Shown piece after piece: positions 38,403-51,301 of a DNA stretch of 64,000 nucleotides; position 1 is the stretch's first letter; the number at the start of each line of letters is the position of its first letter. The translations under genes were made by a program, and so were the position numbers. The stretch lies in NCBI RefSeq assembly GCF_009914755.1, contig NC_060929.1. One strand, written 5' to 3'. Below the pieces are notes generated by a model. The model did no database searches. It had not been told where the DNA came from and worked only from the letters and a program-made list of their open reading frames with translations. The stretch is from the human T2T-CHM13v2.0 reference genome, Homo sapiens.

Positions 38403-41166
38403 TCCTTGTCTACCTCCACATAGTTTTAAATGGTGATTCAGTTTCTAGATCAGCCTACAACAGCCTAATTAGTTCCCAGGATGATAAATTCCTAGGAATG
38501 GGGTAATAGTGCTAGAAATGGTGAAGAAGAAAAGGTGAATTTTGAACCTGAAAAGCCAAAGGCTGTTTTACACCCGAGAGGTTGAGTGATACCTGGCCCC
38601 GAGCATCACCAGGGCCCTCTGCCTCTTTGAGCCGCTCCTGCCCCTTGGGGTGCAGTGCGGCCTCTAGCTTTTTGTTAGAACACGAGTTCCACTGGGGGTG
38701 CTGAAGGCAGGTCTGTCTTCGCTATAGTGTTGGGCAATATAGCAGCTTCTGAGGTGGATGACTATGCACAGGTAATTCTCAGCATCTGCACACCTGGAAG
38801 AGCAGGGCCCTACCCTCCTAGGTGTTCTGAGTGAGGGAACAGGTAAGCTGGAAGAAGGAACCCACACATTCAGCCTTCACTCCCAGCCACGTTGTGGCTC
38901 TGGGGAGCCTCTTGAAGACATGGCCATGACCTTTCTTTGTCTTTAGGACATCTTCATTGGATGCCCAAGACTCCTTCACAAATGGGGGCAAATAATTTTA
39001 ACACAAAGCTAAATGTCTCCTACTGCTTTTCAGCTCATTTCTAACAGGAGATGCCAGTGAAGGCTCAGAATTTAAGAGACAAAGTGGTCACTTCAGAAAA
39101 TCCATCAGAATGCCTTTAAAAATAAACCAAGTGCTATTACTAGAAATAGTTACAGCCAAGGGCCCTTTGTCCATAACATTTTTTTTCTTTGTGTAACAGA
39201 ATTTCTTTCTGCAACATGTTCTCATTTGCATGTTCTGTCTCCTGCTTACCAGCAGACTTTAAGACTTTAAATTCTCTCATGGTTTTTCTTTGAGTTTAAA
39301 CTCAGATAGTGGGATAGCTCCTGTAGATGAGGCTTTAAATAATTGCCACATGTCCTTGTTCCAGCGGCGACCTTACACTCAAGTGTGTGTTTTTAGGGGC
39401 CTCTTTGTTTTTGGAACTCAGACCCACAGAGTTTGTGGACGGATGTCTGCATCATTTCAATGTTTTTATTTATTATGCTGCAAGCTGCTGGTTTTCTCTC
39501 CTCTTCTCTGCTTCCTCTTTCTGTCCTCCTCTCATGAGAGGGTTAATGCTGCATTGTGGAGTTAGTGCAATTTGTTCTTCTAAGAGATGGCAAAGGCCCC
39601 ATCAAAGTAGTCTATAGTCAAGTTCTAGCAATGACAGTGATTCCTTCAGAGCCTCTCTTGATATCTCTTTAGGGATCTTCTGTGGTGTTTAAAAGGAAGG
39701 TGAAATATGGGTTTTAAAAAATGATAAAGACAGTCTTACCAGTTGATTTCATAATGAGAGGTGTAAGCCATTGCTGGGATACATCGGAAGGTGCTCGCTT
39801 TGTACTCCTGAAAAACCTGTAATCAGATGGGCACTGTCTTGAATTGTTAAAATACTGTTACCTGCAGTTTTTAGAAATTTATTTTGACATTTAAGGACAT
39901 CTGAAGGTGTATATTTAATTACTACTGCTGCTTTCTTTTCATTTGAATGAAAAGTGGTGGATTATATAACAATTGCCACTAAGATAAGTTTTCTTAAATC
40001 AGTGTCATGGATGTTCAAAATTTTGTTTCTAAATGTGTAATACAGATTAATAACTTAAACTGTTAGATCTTGGGCAGTCAGAATAATTTGAATTTTGAGG
40101 GGAAGCTTTAACAGCTTCCCACTTAGGATGCCCTAGAAAATGAGGGCTTGATTACAGCAAGGTTTTATGTGTATGGCTTGTTTTAACCCAAATTCACAGG
40201 CTGGAGCTATATCTCTGGCAGTGTTTAAAGTACTGGGGAGGTGAGTGGGTTGAGCCAAATCAGCTTCTGAGGTTTAGGCTTCTTTTTTGCAGTGTTTCTT
40301 TTTCTTTCCCTTGCCTGTTCACTTGAACTTCTGAAGGGCAGAAAAGGAGGAAATATTGTTAGAGTACTAGGTGGGTGAAATGTAGGGTCCTGGAGAGCAA
40401 GGGTATTATCTTTGCACTGCTTCACATAACGAGTGCTGGTGAAGACTCCATTATTGGTGGTGAGGTTTGGGACTCCCCCGAGTACCCTGGCTGCTGCCAA
40501 CTCGGCTTGCTCTGGGGCTAGAGCTGGTGTGAAACTGCCAGTTCTTTTTCTTTGTCAACTCTACAGGTATTGAACCTTGCTACTTGCAAAGGGCGTAGGA
40601 GTTGGTGGGTGGGGAGGGAAGGAAGATGCAAAAGAAATGATAGATCTGGTCAGGGCCTAAAGCAGCCTGTAGTTGGGTTAGGAGACAGAGCACACACAGT
40701 GACTCGACCTGAATGTGCACAGTGCACTATCAAGTGAACAATGTGAGTTAAGCTGAAAGTGCCTACGGGGAGGGAACCAACCTGATGGATTTATCTGTAA
40801 ATCCTGATGGATTTTCCATGGTGCCTTGACGATTTTAAGCATTGGAAAGAAGAAAAAGAGGAGGTCGTATCAGATTTAAATTATTTGGCCTATCAGATAT
40901 CTTTGCTATAAATAGTTACAGTCTTAAAGTCTTCTGCTTTTCTCTTTAAAAGTCATATTTAGGAGGAATATAATTGACATGTTGCATCTTACATATTTTA
41001 TAGGTAATTTTGTATCTAATTAAAAATTACTGAAACAACATACTATGAAGATTACAATGTTTTCTCTGTTACCAGCTTATTTATGGCTTTGTATCTTATC
41101 AAGAGTACTGTTTCTTTAAAAAGATTTGTATCTTGCTAGGTAATTAAACAATGTTTACAATTAATA

Positions 41167-41297
41167 TATTTATATTTAAATAGAGACAGGGTCTTGCTGT
41201 ATAGCCCAGGCATTCTTGAACTCCTGGCCTCAAGCAATCTTCTTGCCTTGGCCTTCCAAAGTGCTAGGATTACAGGTGTGAGCCAGTGTGCCCGGCC
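41167..41297 (-). mobile_element. Free left Alu monomer (FLAM-like)
   Basis: Single monomer with its own TSD caattaata (41158-41166 and 41298-41306). Confidence 0.9.
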
Positions 41298-43615
41298 CAA
41301 TTAATACCATCTAAGTCATTGTCTAAGGAACTTTTCGTTTCTGTTTGTTGTGGGGCCAGACTTTGGGAAGAAAGTATGTTTGATAAGAATTTATCAGATA
41401 ACCCTTTTTTTTTTTTTTGTAATATCTCTTTGGGATAGCATTGTCTTCCCCTGCTTTGGGAAGTCTTTTGGTTACTCATTACTCGAAATTTGCCAAATTT
41501 AGGGTGGTGGTGATTTTGGCCCAATTAGAATTTCAAACACCACTTCTGTCTCCCCTAACGTATAGCTGGAAAAACTTCTTCAAGGAGAAACTCTCAGCCC
41601 CTGAGTTCTTGGCAGGACTCATGGCCCCCATCACAGTAGAGCCCCCTACATGGGTGAGGTCTTGATGTCCTTGTGGTCAGGCTGCCCCAGGCCCCAGGAG
41701 CTTTCTGAGACCTCTGAGCTGTGTGGACTTGCTGTTTGGCTGTTCTCAGCAGCCACAGACTAACTGGTCTTATAAAGCAGAGCCTGTGATTTTATAAGGT
41801 GGTTTCTCCAGGCCTCAAACCTGTCAGGGTGGCTAATTCTTGGTGTTTGCAGGTGGAGAGGGAAGTTAACCTACTGAGGAAAAACCTAATCTGTTAAACA
41901 AAAATAAACAAAACCAAAAAAAACTTCTGGATTTTATATGTCTCTGTCAGTATTCTATAAGCATAGGGGAAAAATTCCTTCCTCACAGGGTTAGTGGATG
42001 CCAGTCATGGTTTACTGGTATGGGGCCATCTGTGGCAGCGTGGCTGCTCCCAAAAGCCATGCAAATTTATAAAGCAAGGCAGCCAAGGGGACTGGTGAAA
42101 ATTAGTTTATAGCATGAATGGGGAACACTTAAAGGAGAAGGTGCTAGGTATAAATGTCTAAGCCAGGATGGAACAATTAGGGCAGTTCAGCTTTTATAAT
42201 GAACATTAAACTCCCAAAGGAACTTCTCTTTCACCCTACTTACTTTTCCCTGGCCCGGAACATCTTATCCTTCACCTTTCCCTCAGGAAAAATAACTATG
42301 AAAGCAGTCCGTGAGGCCCCGCGTGGGTGTCTGGCCAGTTCCACTACTTCAAAGATTCTCTGTCTCAGTTATTTTTATTATAACCACAGTGTGTACTCTG
42401 GACTTTTGAAATTTGTAGCTACAACCATGCTATTAATCTTAATTTTAAAAACTAAATATTCATCTTCTCTACCTGGAGCTCACAGACAACCTAGTACATG
42501 CATGAAATGATAGAATAGAAGCTATTCCTGAAGACTTTAGTCTTGGGGTATGTGAAGCCAAGGAGTTTATCGGCCCTTATTGAATTGGTATTTGGAATCT
42601 CTAGAATTCGTTGAGTCTTGATGAGGGCCATGAGATCCCAATCTTGGATTAAGTTTTGAGAAGAATTCTATTGGAGATTTTCTGTGTTGCAGAAGAGAAG
42701 ACCATTTAAGGGACTTTCAATTTTCTCCTTCCCTGGAGAGTAAGTTCCCTCTTGTCATTTGAACTGGCAGATTTCTTTTGTGCCAAAAAGAGCCAAAAAG
42801 ACATGGTACTTCCTACACCTCCCAACGTGATGGGGCTGCCAGAATGCAGGTTTGGGGAGAGCAGGGACCTCACGGGACACATGCAGGGAGAGATCTATAG
42901 TTCCCTTGTGTTGGGAGGTGATGGGGTTCTCCTGCTGGAGATGTTTTTCTCTGCAGCGAAAGACAAGGCATCCCTTCTGATGCTTTGTTTGGGGGTGGGG
43001 CACATGTGGCAAAATAATCTTTTTTGGGCTGTTAAATCTGGGTCTTTCACTTTGTGTTGTCTTTTTCTGGTATTTCACGCAGGAACCAGGACCCTTGTAA
43101 GGCCTTGCCTTGGGGATATTTGCCTGGCAGGCAACTGAAGCAGTTTGAAGTTGAGGCTCCTCTCAGTTGCTTTGTAAAAAGTTTAAACCTACAGAAGAGA
43201 GAATGCTGTGTGTCCTGGTGTGGAGGGTGGTTTGTTTGTTTTGAGGGAAGAGAGAGAAAGTGAGTAGATTTCCCTGGGCCAGGAAGGGAGTCAAGATTAG
43301 TGGGTCCTGGGTTACAGGGGTTGGAGCCCAGTAAACCTTTTGGTGGCAGCATGAGGCAACAGAGGACACTGGCTACTTGGTGGGTCTGGGGAGGCTGGAC
43401 TTTAGACACCGGGTTTCCTGCCTGGCAGAGGTTCAGGTGCCATGCAAGTACAGATATGCTGATTTTACCGGCCTGTGGGTGACCATGAGGATTTTGGCAG
43501 CAAGCACAACAGGCTAGAGGCCCTTTGCTTCTGTGACATCCGAGGAATAGCTCTGAGGGATCAGTTTCTACCACAGGCCTTGGAATCAGAATGAGTTTGA
43601 TCTCAAGAGAAAAGT

Positions 43616-43903
43616 AGCCAGGCATGGTGGCTCACACTTGTAATCCAAACACTTTGGGAGGCTGAAGCGGGAGGATCATTTGAGGCCAGGAGTTCAAGAC
43701 CAGCTGGGCAACATAGTAAGACCCAGTCTCCCTTAAAAAAAAAAATTAGCTGAGTATGGTGGTGCATGCCTGTAGTCCCAGCTACTTGGAAGGTTGAGAC
43801 GGAGGATTGAGCCCAGGAATTTGAGGCTGCAGTGGGCTGTGATAGCACCACTGCACTGCAATCTGGGCAACAGAGCGAGATCCTTGACTCAAAGAAAGAA
43901 AAA
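43616..43903 (+). mobile_element. AluJ element
   Basis: ggaggatcatttgaggccaggagttcaagacc..gaggctgcagtg; flanking agaaaagta-like TSD. Confidence 0.93.
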
Positions 43904-45639
43904 GTATTGAGATCCAGACAGACTGAAAAGGATCTCTTATCTCAAAGGTCATGTTTTTCCTTCTATCCCTCCCATTTGCCTGCCCTCAGCAAGGTAGTTG
44001 CTTCTTGCATTTGGGCATTATGCAAAGGACTGTTAATGAACTTACCCTTGCCGTGTTGTGATGTTTTCTCCCCTTTCCAGTCTGCCAGCTACATGAGAGC
44101 AGAGCCCTTGCTTGTCTTATTCATCTTCATAGCCACAGCAGTTGCCTCCCAGTATGCAATAAATCTTTGTTGAACAAATAAATGCACAGAGGAAAACTTT
44201 ATTTTGTAGCTTAAGGGAAGTTGAAGCTCTGAAACAAACGCCAGCCACTCAGAGACTGATAGAAGAAGAACTCTAGGAAAGAGGTCCCTCACTTTATTAC
44301 GTGGATCACAGGCAGGTGTGGTGCATGCATTTTTCACATTCAGTCCGTGTGACCACCCCCTACCTCCCAAGCAGCCCCTACCAAGGTGAGCAGTTCAGAG
44401 TTGGATTCAGAGAAGAGATGTTTTAAATTTTTTCCCTTAAATTTTAAGTATGAGATGTTCAAATAATACATAGGAATTAGTTTCTAGACGTCTGGCGTTC
44501 TAGCTGGCCAGTTGTCACCCATTAGGCAGAACTGTCTCAAATAAGACCAGCTCTGGCTGGCTGGACATCTGGGGCAGGTGTCTCAGGGCTCCTGGTTCTC
44601 TTCCCAAGGGCCTTCTCAGAGTGCTGGTTTAGGAGGGTGAAGCCCAGAGCGGGGCTCTTCTGGACTGGACTGGAGGGTGAAGGGCTTCTCTTCTGGACTG
44701 ACAAGTTCTGTAGAACCCCCAAGCAGCCAGGGTTTTGCTTTCTCAAGCTCCTGAACAGCAGCTGGCCGGGGCCTCTGTGTGAAGGAACAGCTTAAGAGAG
44801 TGCCTGGAACACTGCACACTCTATCTTCTGAATAGGCACACATTTCATAATGTTTGCAAAAGCAAATTCTGGACAAGAAGAGTAAGACTTCCTCGTGTAA
44901 ATAATAAGTACTGCCCCTTTCTTTCCTTTTACTGATAAGTTTCCCTGACAGCACTGCTTGCTGGCAGCTCTTCTCTACAATTGGTTGCTGAATTGCAGTG
45001 CTCAATTATCTGTGTAATAACATACTATAAAAACATAGAAAGCCAGGAAAAAATGGTTTTAACTAAAGTGGTTGAGCCTTGAAAAGAGACACCTTGCACA
45101 TTCATATCTGGACTGAAAGGAGAACATTAAATCTGTCATTAATGATTTAATTGACTGGATTTTTTTCTAAAAGGTAAAGGAAAGCATTAAAATGGAGTAT
45201 GAGGCACTCAAATTACCTTCAAATACAACCAGGAGCAGTATCTCATTAAAATGTTTGGGTTTTCTGATGCCATTAATGAGAAGTGATTCTCTGTGGCTGT
45301 TTAGCTTTTGAAAATGTGGCTAATGCATCGTAGCATGCTGTAGGCCTCCAAGAAGGCCAGTGCTGAGCACTGCACAGTTGCTTTATGTGCATTATGGCAT
45401 TTAATTCCATCCTCAATCTTGCCAGTAAGGTGGGGGATATCACCATTTCCTGGTTAAGGAAAGTGAAACTTACAGAGGTTAAATTTACTCATGATTCACA
45501 TGATTTCAAAACCAGTGTTTTTTCACACTTTGGGTCAGTAAAAGCAGAGAAGGGTTTTTTTTTTTTTTCCTTTTAAAAGTTTCTCATGAATGGACGTATC
45601 AATTTATTAACAGTTACTTTTAAAAATGTAAAAGATTAT

Positions 45640-45765
45640 GTAGAGCGTAATTGCTGAGCTGTGCCTGAATTCCTGGCTCACAAAATTGTGAGTGAAAATG
45701 AAACAGTAGTGGTTTTAAGCCTCTAAACTTTGGGACAGTCTGTAGCACCCAGTAGATAACCATAC
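45640..45765 (+). mobile_element. MLT1 LTR 3' fragment
   Basis: cctgaattcctggctcacaaaattgtgag..ttttaagcctctaaactttggg..tagataacc. Confidence 0.65.
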
Positions 45766-46279
45766 CCTTTGTTCTTTCTGTTCCTCTTGTCCACATGCAT
45801 GCTCACCCTCTCTCCACAATCCACCCCTCCGCATGGTACCCACTTGAGGAGCTTACCATAGAAGCACAGATTTGGAAAGGCCAGTGACCATTAACAAAGT
45901 AAAACATCAACGCGTACTAATAAAGGGAGAAAGACAATGCTCAGGAAGGCCAGGAATGCAATAAGCAGAATATTTAGCTTGTGTTCCTGGCAGCTGGGGT
46001 TGGATAGGGAACTAGGTGCTAGGGCAGTATTTTTGGTCCCTGCTTTGACTCCATTTGAATCCCCTGTGGAGCTTTGACATCGTCTACACTGGGAGACCCT
46101 CATTCTGGGAGGAATGGGGGGGGGGCCCTGATTCTGTGTCTATGCGTGTTAAAGGCCTGCCAGGTGGTTCTGTGAGTAACCAGGGTTGTAGGAGCACCGG
46201 CCTCCCGCCCGTTGGCTTGTGGAGAAAGAGAATCTTTACTGCCGAGTGCTCTTTCCTGCCCACGGCCTTTTCTGCGCAG

Positions 46280-46470
46280 GAACTACGCTAGATGTTTGCA
46301 TGCATCAGCCCTTTGATCCTCACAGCAAGTCTGAGGGTGCAGGGTAGTAGCCCCATTTTATAGGTGAGAAAACGGGGGTTTCAGAGAACTCAAGTCATTG
46401 GGTCTTCCAGTAAGTGACAGGGTTAGGATTTGGACCTGTTTTCCTTTCAAGTGTCTGACTTTGTTACTCT
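46280..46470 (-). mobile_element. MIR
   Basis: atcctcacagcaa..ccccattttataggtgagaaaac..agtaagtgacagg..ggatttg. Confidence 0.75.
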
Positions 46471-49400
46471 CTGATTTTCCCTGACCTTCTCCCTCAGTGT
46501 AACAAAGGATTTTGGACACTTGGTTCTACTTGCATTGTTCATGACTATTTTTGTAACATGTAGAAGACTCTAGATTTTAGTGTGTATGCTTTTGCTTAAA
46601 TTTAAATACAAATTTATGTCACCACCCCAGCCTAACCTGTTGGATGAACATTAATGTCTCATTACAGAACTAAACACTTCCCTCTGTATTGAAGGGAGAC
46701 AGACACGCTGGTTTAAAAGGCTTCAGATTAACTAGATGCGACTTTTGATGTTTACCCTGATCACTTTTGAGTGGATCCTCAAATAGCAAGGCAGCTATTA
46801 AAAGTGTTACTCCCATTAGGAATATTGTGCTTTTCATTTCCTTTAGTAGTCTGAGAATCGCTAGTGCACTTTTTGTAAAAAGAAAAGGATTTTTTTTTTC
46901 TGACTTAATTTTGCTGAACTGATGGATATTTGAGTATGTGAAGAGAGGAAACAGAGAAGGATGCCTGCCTCTCTCCCTTTCCAGGGCATCGGTGTCTTTC
47001 TGTGGTCTGTAAGCCTGGAAAAGAATGTTTTCCAACAAAAGCTCCATTTTATAAATATAGCATTCTTTTCTTGGCAACGCACTAAATGCTGGCCTGTCAC
47101 CCCAAGTCTTGTGGAGGGTAGTAGGGACAGTGAAATAGAAGAAATTAGCAGGTGAAGAGAATAACACTTGTCTATCTAATACTTTTTGGTCATTTGTTAG
47201 TGCTTTGTTCCTCAAATAGAAGAATGGCCATTGTGAGAGAGTAACTTTTCCAGGAGTAACTATAGTAGACGGTTTTGCATTTGGGGACTTGACGGGATGT
47301 TTGCTCCTGAATCTTTGAGCTCAAAACACATCAGGGGCTTGCTGGGTACCAAATTATGCTGTGCCACCCTCAGAGTAGGGACTTGGTGAGTGAGAGCCCC
47401 AGGGCATATGTATTTCACTCACTCGGAGCTGTCAGGTCTTATCAACCTTCGTTAGGAATATTTTTCTCCCTGAAAACTCATAAAAATTCATGTTGTAATA
47501 TCAATGCCTGCAGAATCCTGTGGAATTTTGTTGAGCTGCTTATACCCTTTTCTCCTAATAGAGATATAGAGAATGATACATTATCCTCATATACACGGGT
47601 ACAGATGTGTGCTTGTGAATCTATACAGGAAGCTCATGTATGTGGCAAAGTAAGTTTGTTGAGGGGAATGAAATAAACTAATTTTCCCTCCACCGAGTCA
47701 ATATGACTAAGATATTTCTATGCATAGTCTCAGAAGACTCCATTCTGGGGAATATTTTAAATTTTATTAACCTTGTACATATTTTGCCAGATTCCTATTC
47801 AGCATACTTCTTTATTTTATTACCATAGTGATGCTTTGTTTACTCATATATCTGGAAATAAAATAATTTAGATTTAATTTTTAAAAAAAATTTATATCAA
47901 GGTCACCTTTTTTGTTGTTTGAAACAATAGATTTGTAAATTCTTACCAACACTGTATATGTCCTTGAGTCCTATAAAGAAAAAAGTGTTTTATATATTGT
48001 AAATATATATAAAATATCAGAAAGTAGGATATATATTATACAAGATATGTGGAATATATGGGATATATATTATACCAGAATTTTAGTATTTTAAATATAG
48101 GTCTTAAATGGAATGAAAGACTTAGGTTGCTTTTTTTTTTTTTTTTTTTGATGGAGTAAGGAAAGGGATAGTACTTAAAAATAATTGTTACCTGGTTATT
48201 ATAGTTCGCTGTTAGCAAAATATTCTATAGGACACATCATATCCCATGATGCTGAAGATGAAACCCTGGTATAGTAGAAGGTGGATGCTTGTGTTTTCTC
48301 TAGCACTTTCACAACAAAGCAATTATATTGTATTGCATGTAAATATTTGTGAGTGGGGAAAATATATAGAAGTCTACAATACTACTTCCCCTCCACATTA
48401 AAACCATATGAAGTTATGCCTACAAATTAAAATATTGTAAAAGCTCAATACAGTTTTAAATTTTTCAACAAAGTTATGTAGTACTTCTTTATTTGTAATA
48501 ATAAAAAGTATCATTGTGTGAAATTAGTATGGGCACATTATCTCTAATACTTGCCGTTAATAATGGCATTGAACCCTAACTGATAGCCTTTAAAAAAAAC
48601 AACAAAGCATGGCCTTTAGTAAAACAAAACAATATGTGACATTTCTGTAGAAATGCTGTAATAGAGAAAAATTTAGCTCTGTGAGCAGTAGTCTCATTTA
48701 TGGGAATGGTAATTATCTGTAAGTTGAGACTTAACATTTTTGTAGATTTTATGAGAAAATATTTGCTAGTCCTTGTTTTTACATCTTTTTTTCGTCCTGC
48801 CTCTGTGTCTATCTCTCTTTTCTCCACCTCATATGGGGACAATTCTGTTTTTACAGGTCCTGATTTTTTTTTTTTAAATGTCTCACCAGAAGTGATAACT
48901 CATTTTGTTAGAATGGTAGGGAGCTCAAAAGTGGAGGATTGTGACTTCAGTTGTGGCTTAATCAGCCCAAGCAGGTGCATTCTAAGTAAAAGAGATACGG
49001 TTTTAATGCAACTGTCCCCCCTAATTCAGAGAAAGGGAGACAAGTATAGGAAATGACACAGCAGTTAAGTCAGAATTGTTTCTAAATAGATTGTTTTTTT
49101 TTTCCCTGAATTCTCTGAGCACCAGCAGCAGTGTCTTGTTAAAGTGAAGAGAGATATAAATGAAGAGGAGTTGAGGATGACTGTGTTAATTTTTTGTTCT
49201 GAGGGATCAGAAATACTTAAGAAAAATGAAGTCGGAGATTTACATAAATAGGTGGGAGCCTCAGTAGTGTCATGTTCATTTGAGAGTAGAATTTGATTCT
49301 GGGGACCTCAAATAACAGAAGATGATTATATTCAAAATGTCCAAGGCACTACTGTAAGGCAACTTAAATGGCATGTGCCTTAACAGGGTGGCTTTGTAGT

Positions 49401-49749
49401 GAGGTTCTGGAATTTTTCTCATTCTTTTGTCTCGCAGTGTGCTATTGTATGAGTAGCAGTGAGAAAATGTTTGGATAGCATGTCTAAGAACCAGAGCATG
49501 CAGAGAAAACAGGGCTTTTATTCTACTTTGCATCTTAGTTAATTTGGTTTTTAGAGAAGCACACTATTTTGACTTGAAAGGCATTAGCCATATCTTCTTA
49601 TTTACTTGAGTGGTGGTTACAAGAGTATTCTATATTTATTTATTACACTTTGCTCTTATGTTTTAGGTATTTTTTGCATATTTCACAATAAAAATGGTTA
49701 AAAAAAGTCACTAGTGTATTCTAGACCTTTCAAGTCAACCATACCAATT

Positions 49750-50880
49750 TATTCATTCCTCCGTCTACCCAACAAATACTAATTGAGCACCTACTGTGCA
49801 TCGGGTACTGTTACTGGCACTGGGAATACAGTAATGAACAAAGCAAGCAAAAGTCCCTGGTCTCATGGGGTTTATATTGCATGGAGGGGAGGCAGATAAT
49901 ATGTCAGGCAATGGGTTAGAGCAGGAGTTGACAGTCGTCTTCTATAGAGGGCCAAATAGTAAATACTTCAGGCTTTGTGGGCCAGATGGTTTTTGTCGCA
50001 ACTACTCAACTCTGCCACTGTAGTGTGAGAGCAGCCATAGCCAATACGTCCATGAAAGGATATAGCTGTGTTCCAACAACACTGCTATTTACAGAATCAT
50101 GCAGCGGGCCAGATTTGACCCACAGTCCTCCTTAGTTTGCAGACCTCTGTGTTACATGGTAGTGTACCCTAAGGAGAAAAAAAAAATGGAATATGGAGTG
50201 CTGGGGTGTGGGGTGAGGGATATTTATAGATTTTGACAGCATGGTCGAGGAAGATGTTTCCGTGAAAGTGACTTGTGTAAAGATTTGAACAAGATGATGT
50301 GTTTGGCCATGTGTCTATCTGGAGAGAAGGGGAAACAGCAAGTGCAAAGGCCCTGAGATGGAACATATCTGGAGAATTCGAAGAATGGTAAGAAGGCCAG
50401 AGTGGAGCAGAACAAGTGTGGGAGAGAGTTGTAGGAGATGAGATCAAAGGCTAGGAATGAAGTGTAAGGCCATGTCATGTGACCTTGTATGTCCTTGTAA
50501 GGCTTTTTTTTTTTTTTTCTAACTTGGAAATCAGTTGCATAGTCACTGGAAGGTTTTAAGTAGAAGGGTGACAAGATCTAATTTTTAACAGGCTCACTGG
50601 CTTCTGTATGGATAATAGATTAAAGAGGCTTGGAGTGAAAACAGAGAATCAGTTAAGGGTTACTGCAGTAATCAGGTTAGAGGTGATGGTGCTTGGAGCA
50701 GGTTGACAATAGAGGTGGTAAGAAGCAAACAGGCTCAGGATGTGTATTGAACATAAACTTGACAGGGTTTGCTCACAGAGTGAAAATGGAAGATGATAAC
50801 TGGAAAAATCAAAGAGGACTTCCAAGTTTTTGGCCAGGTGAACTCAAAGGGTAGAGTGCCATTTATGGAGTGGGGAAGAT
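49750..50880 (-). mobile_element. L2 with nested MER58A
   Basis: caacaaatactaattgagcacctactgtg..gggaatacagtaatgaacaa..agtccctg; resumes with cagcaagtgcaaaggccctgag. Confidence 0.85.
49922..50149 (+). mobile_element. MER58A hAT DNA transposon
   Basis: agggccaaatagtaaata..caactactcaactctgccactgtagt..gggccagatttgaccc..tagtttgcagacctctg. Confidence 0.9.
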
Positions 50881-51301
50881 GTCAGACAACCAGCCTAATA
50901 ACAACCTTGCGGCACAGAATCCCAGACCCAATAAAGCACCAGACAGAGATGTCAAGCTAACCAAGGTTATGCCATCTTCTGGGTTTGTGTGTGCCCTAAT
51001 GGCCATAGGTGCCCTGTTCCTAAGGCTGCAGCTTGTGCTGTCCGTGGTGGGGTTTGCTCATAGCCTTCAGTCTGTTGCTAAGTTATGGACTTTGTGCTAC
51101 TATGGGTCCCTGAGAGTCCTGAATTCCTATGGGACAGGTGAAGATGACCCAGATCCTTTGGGTGAATCCCTTTTGATCCATAAAGTTATCAAAAGAAACC
51201 CTGATATCCAGTGGGTCACCAGGGAAGCCCTCAAACACAGAGAGATGTGTGGGCTGACATCTGTAGCTACAAGGATTATGGCCTTATAAGAACCATGGTT
51301 C

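Noticed and set aside
50870-51289. 139-aa ORF upstream of the L1
   Set aside because: GTG start inside an L2 end, no recognisable homology, and no convincing splice context.
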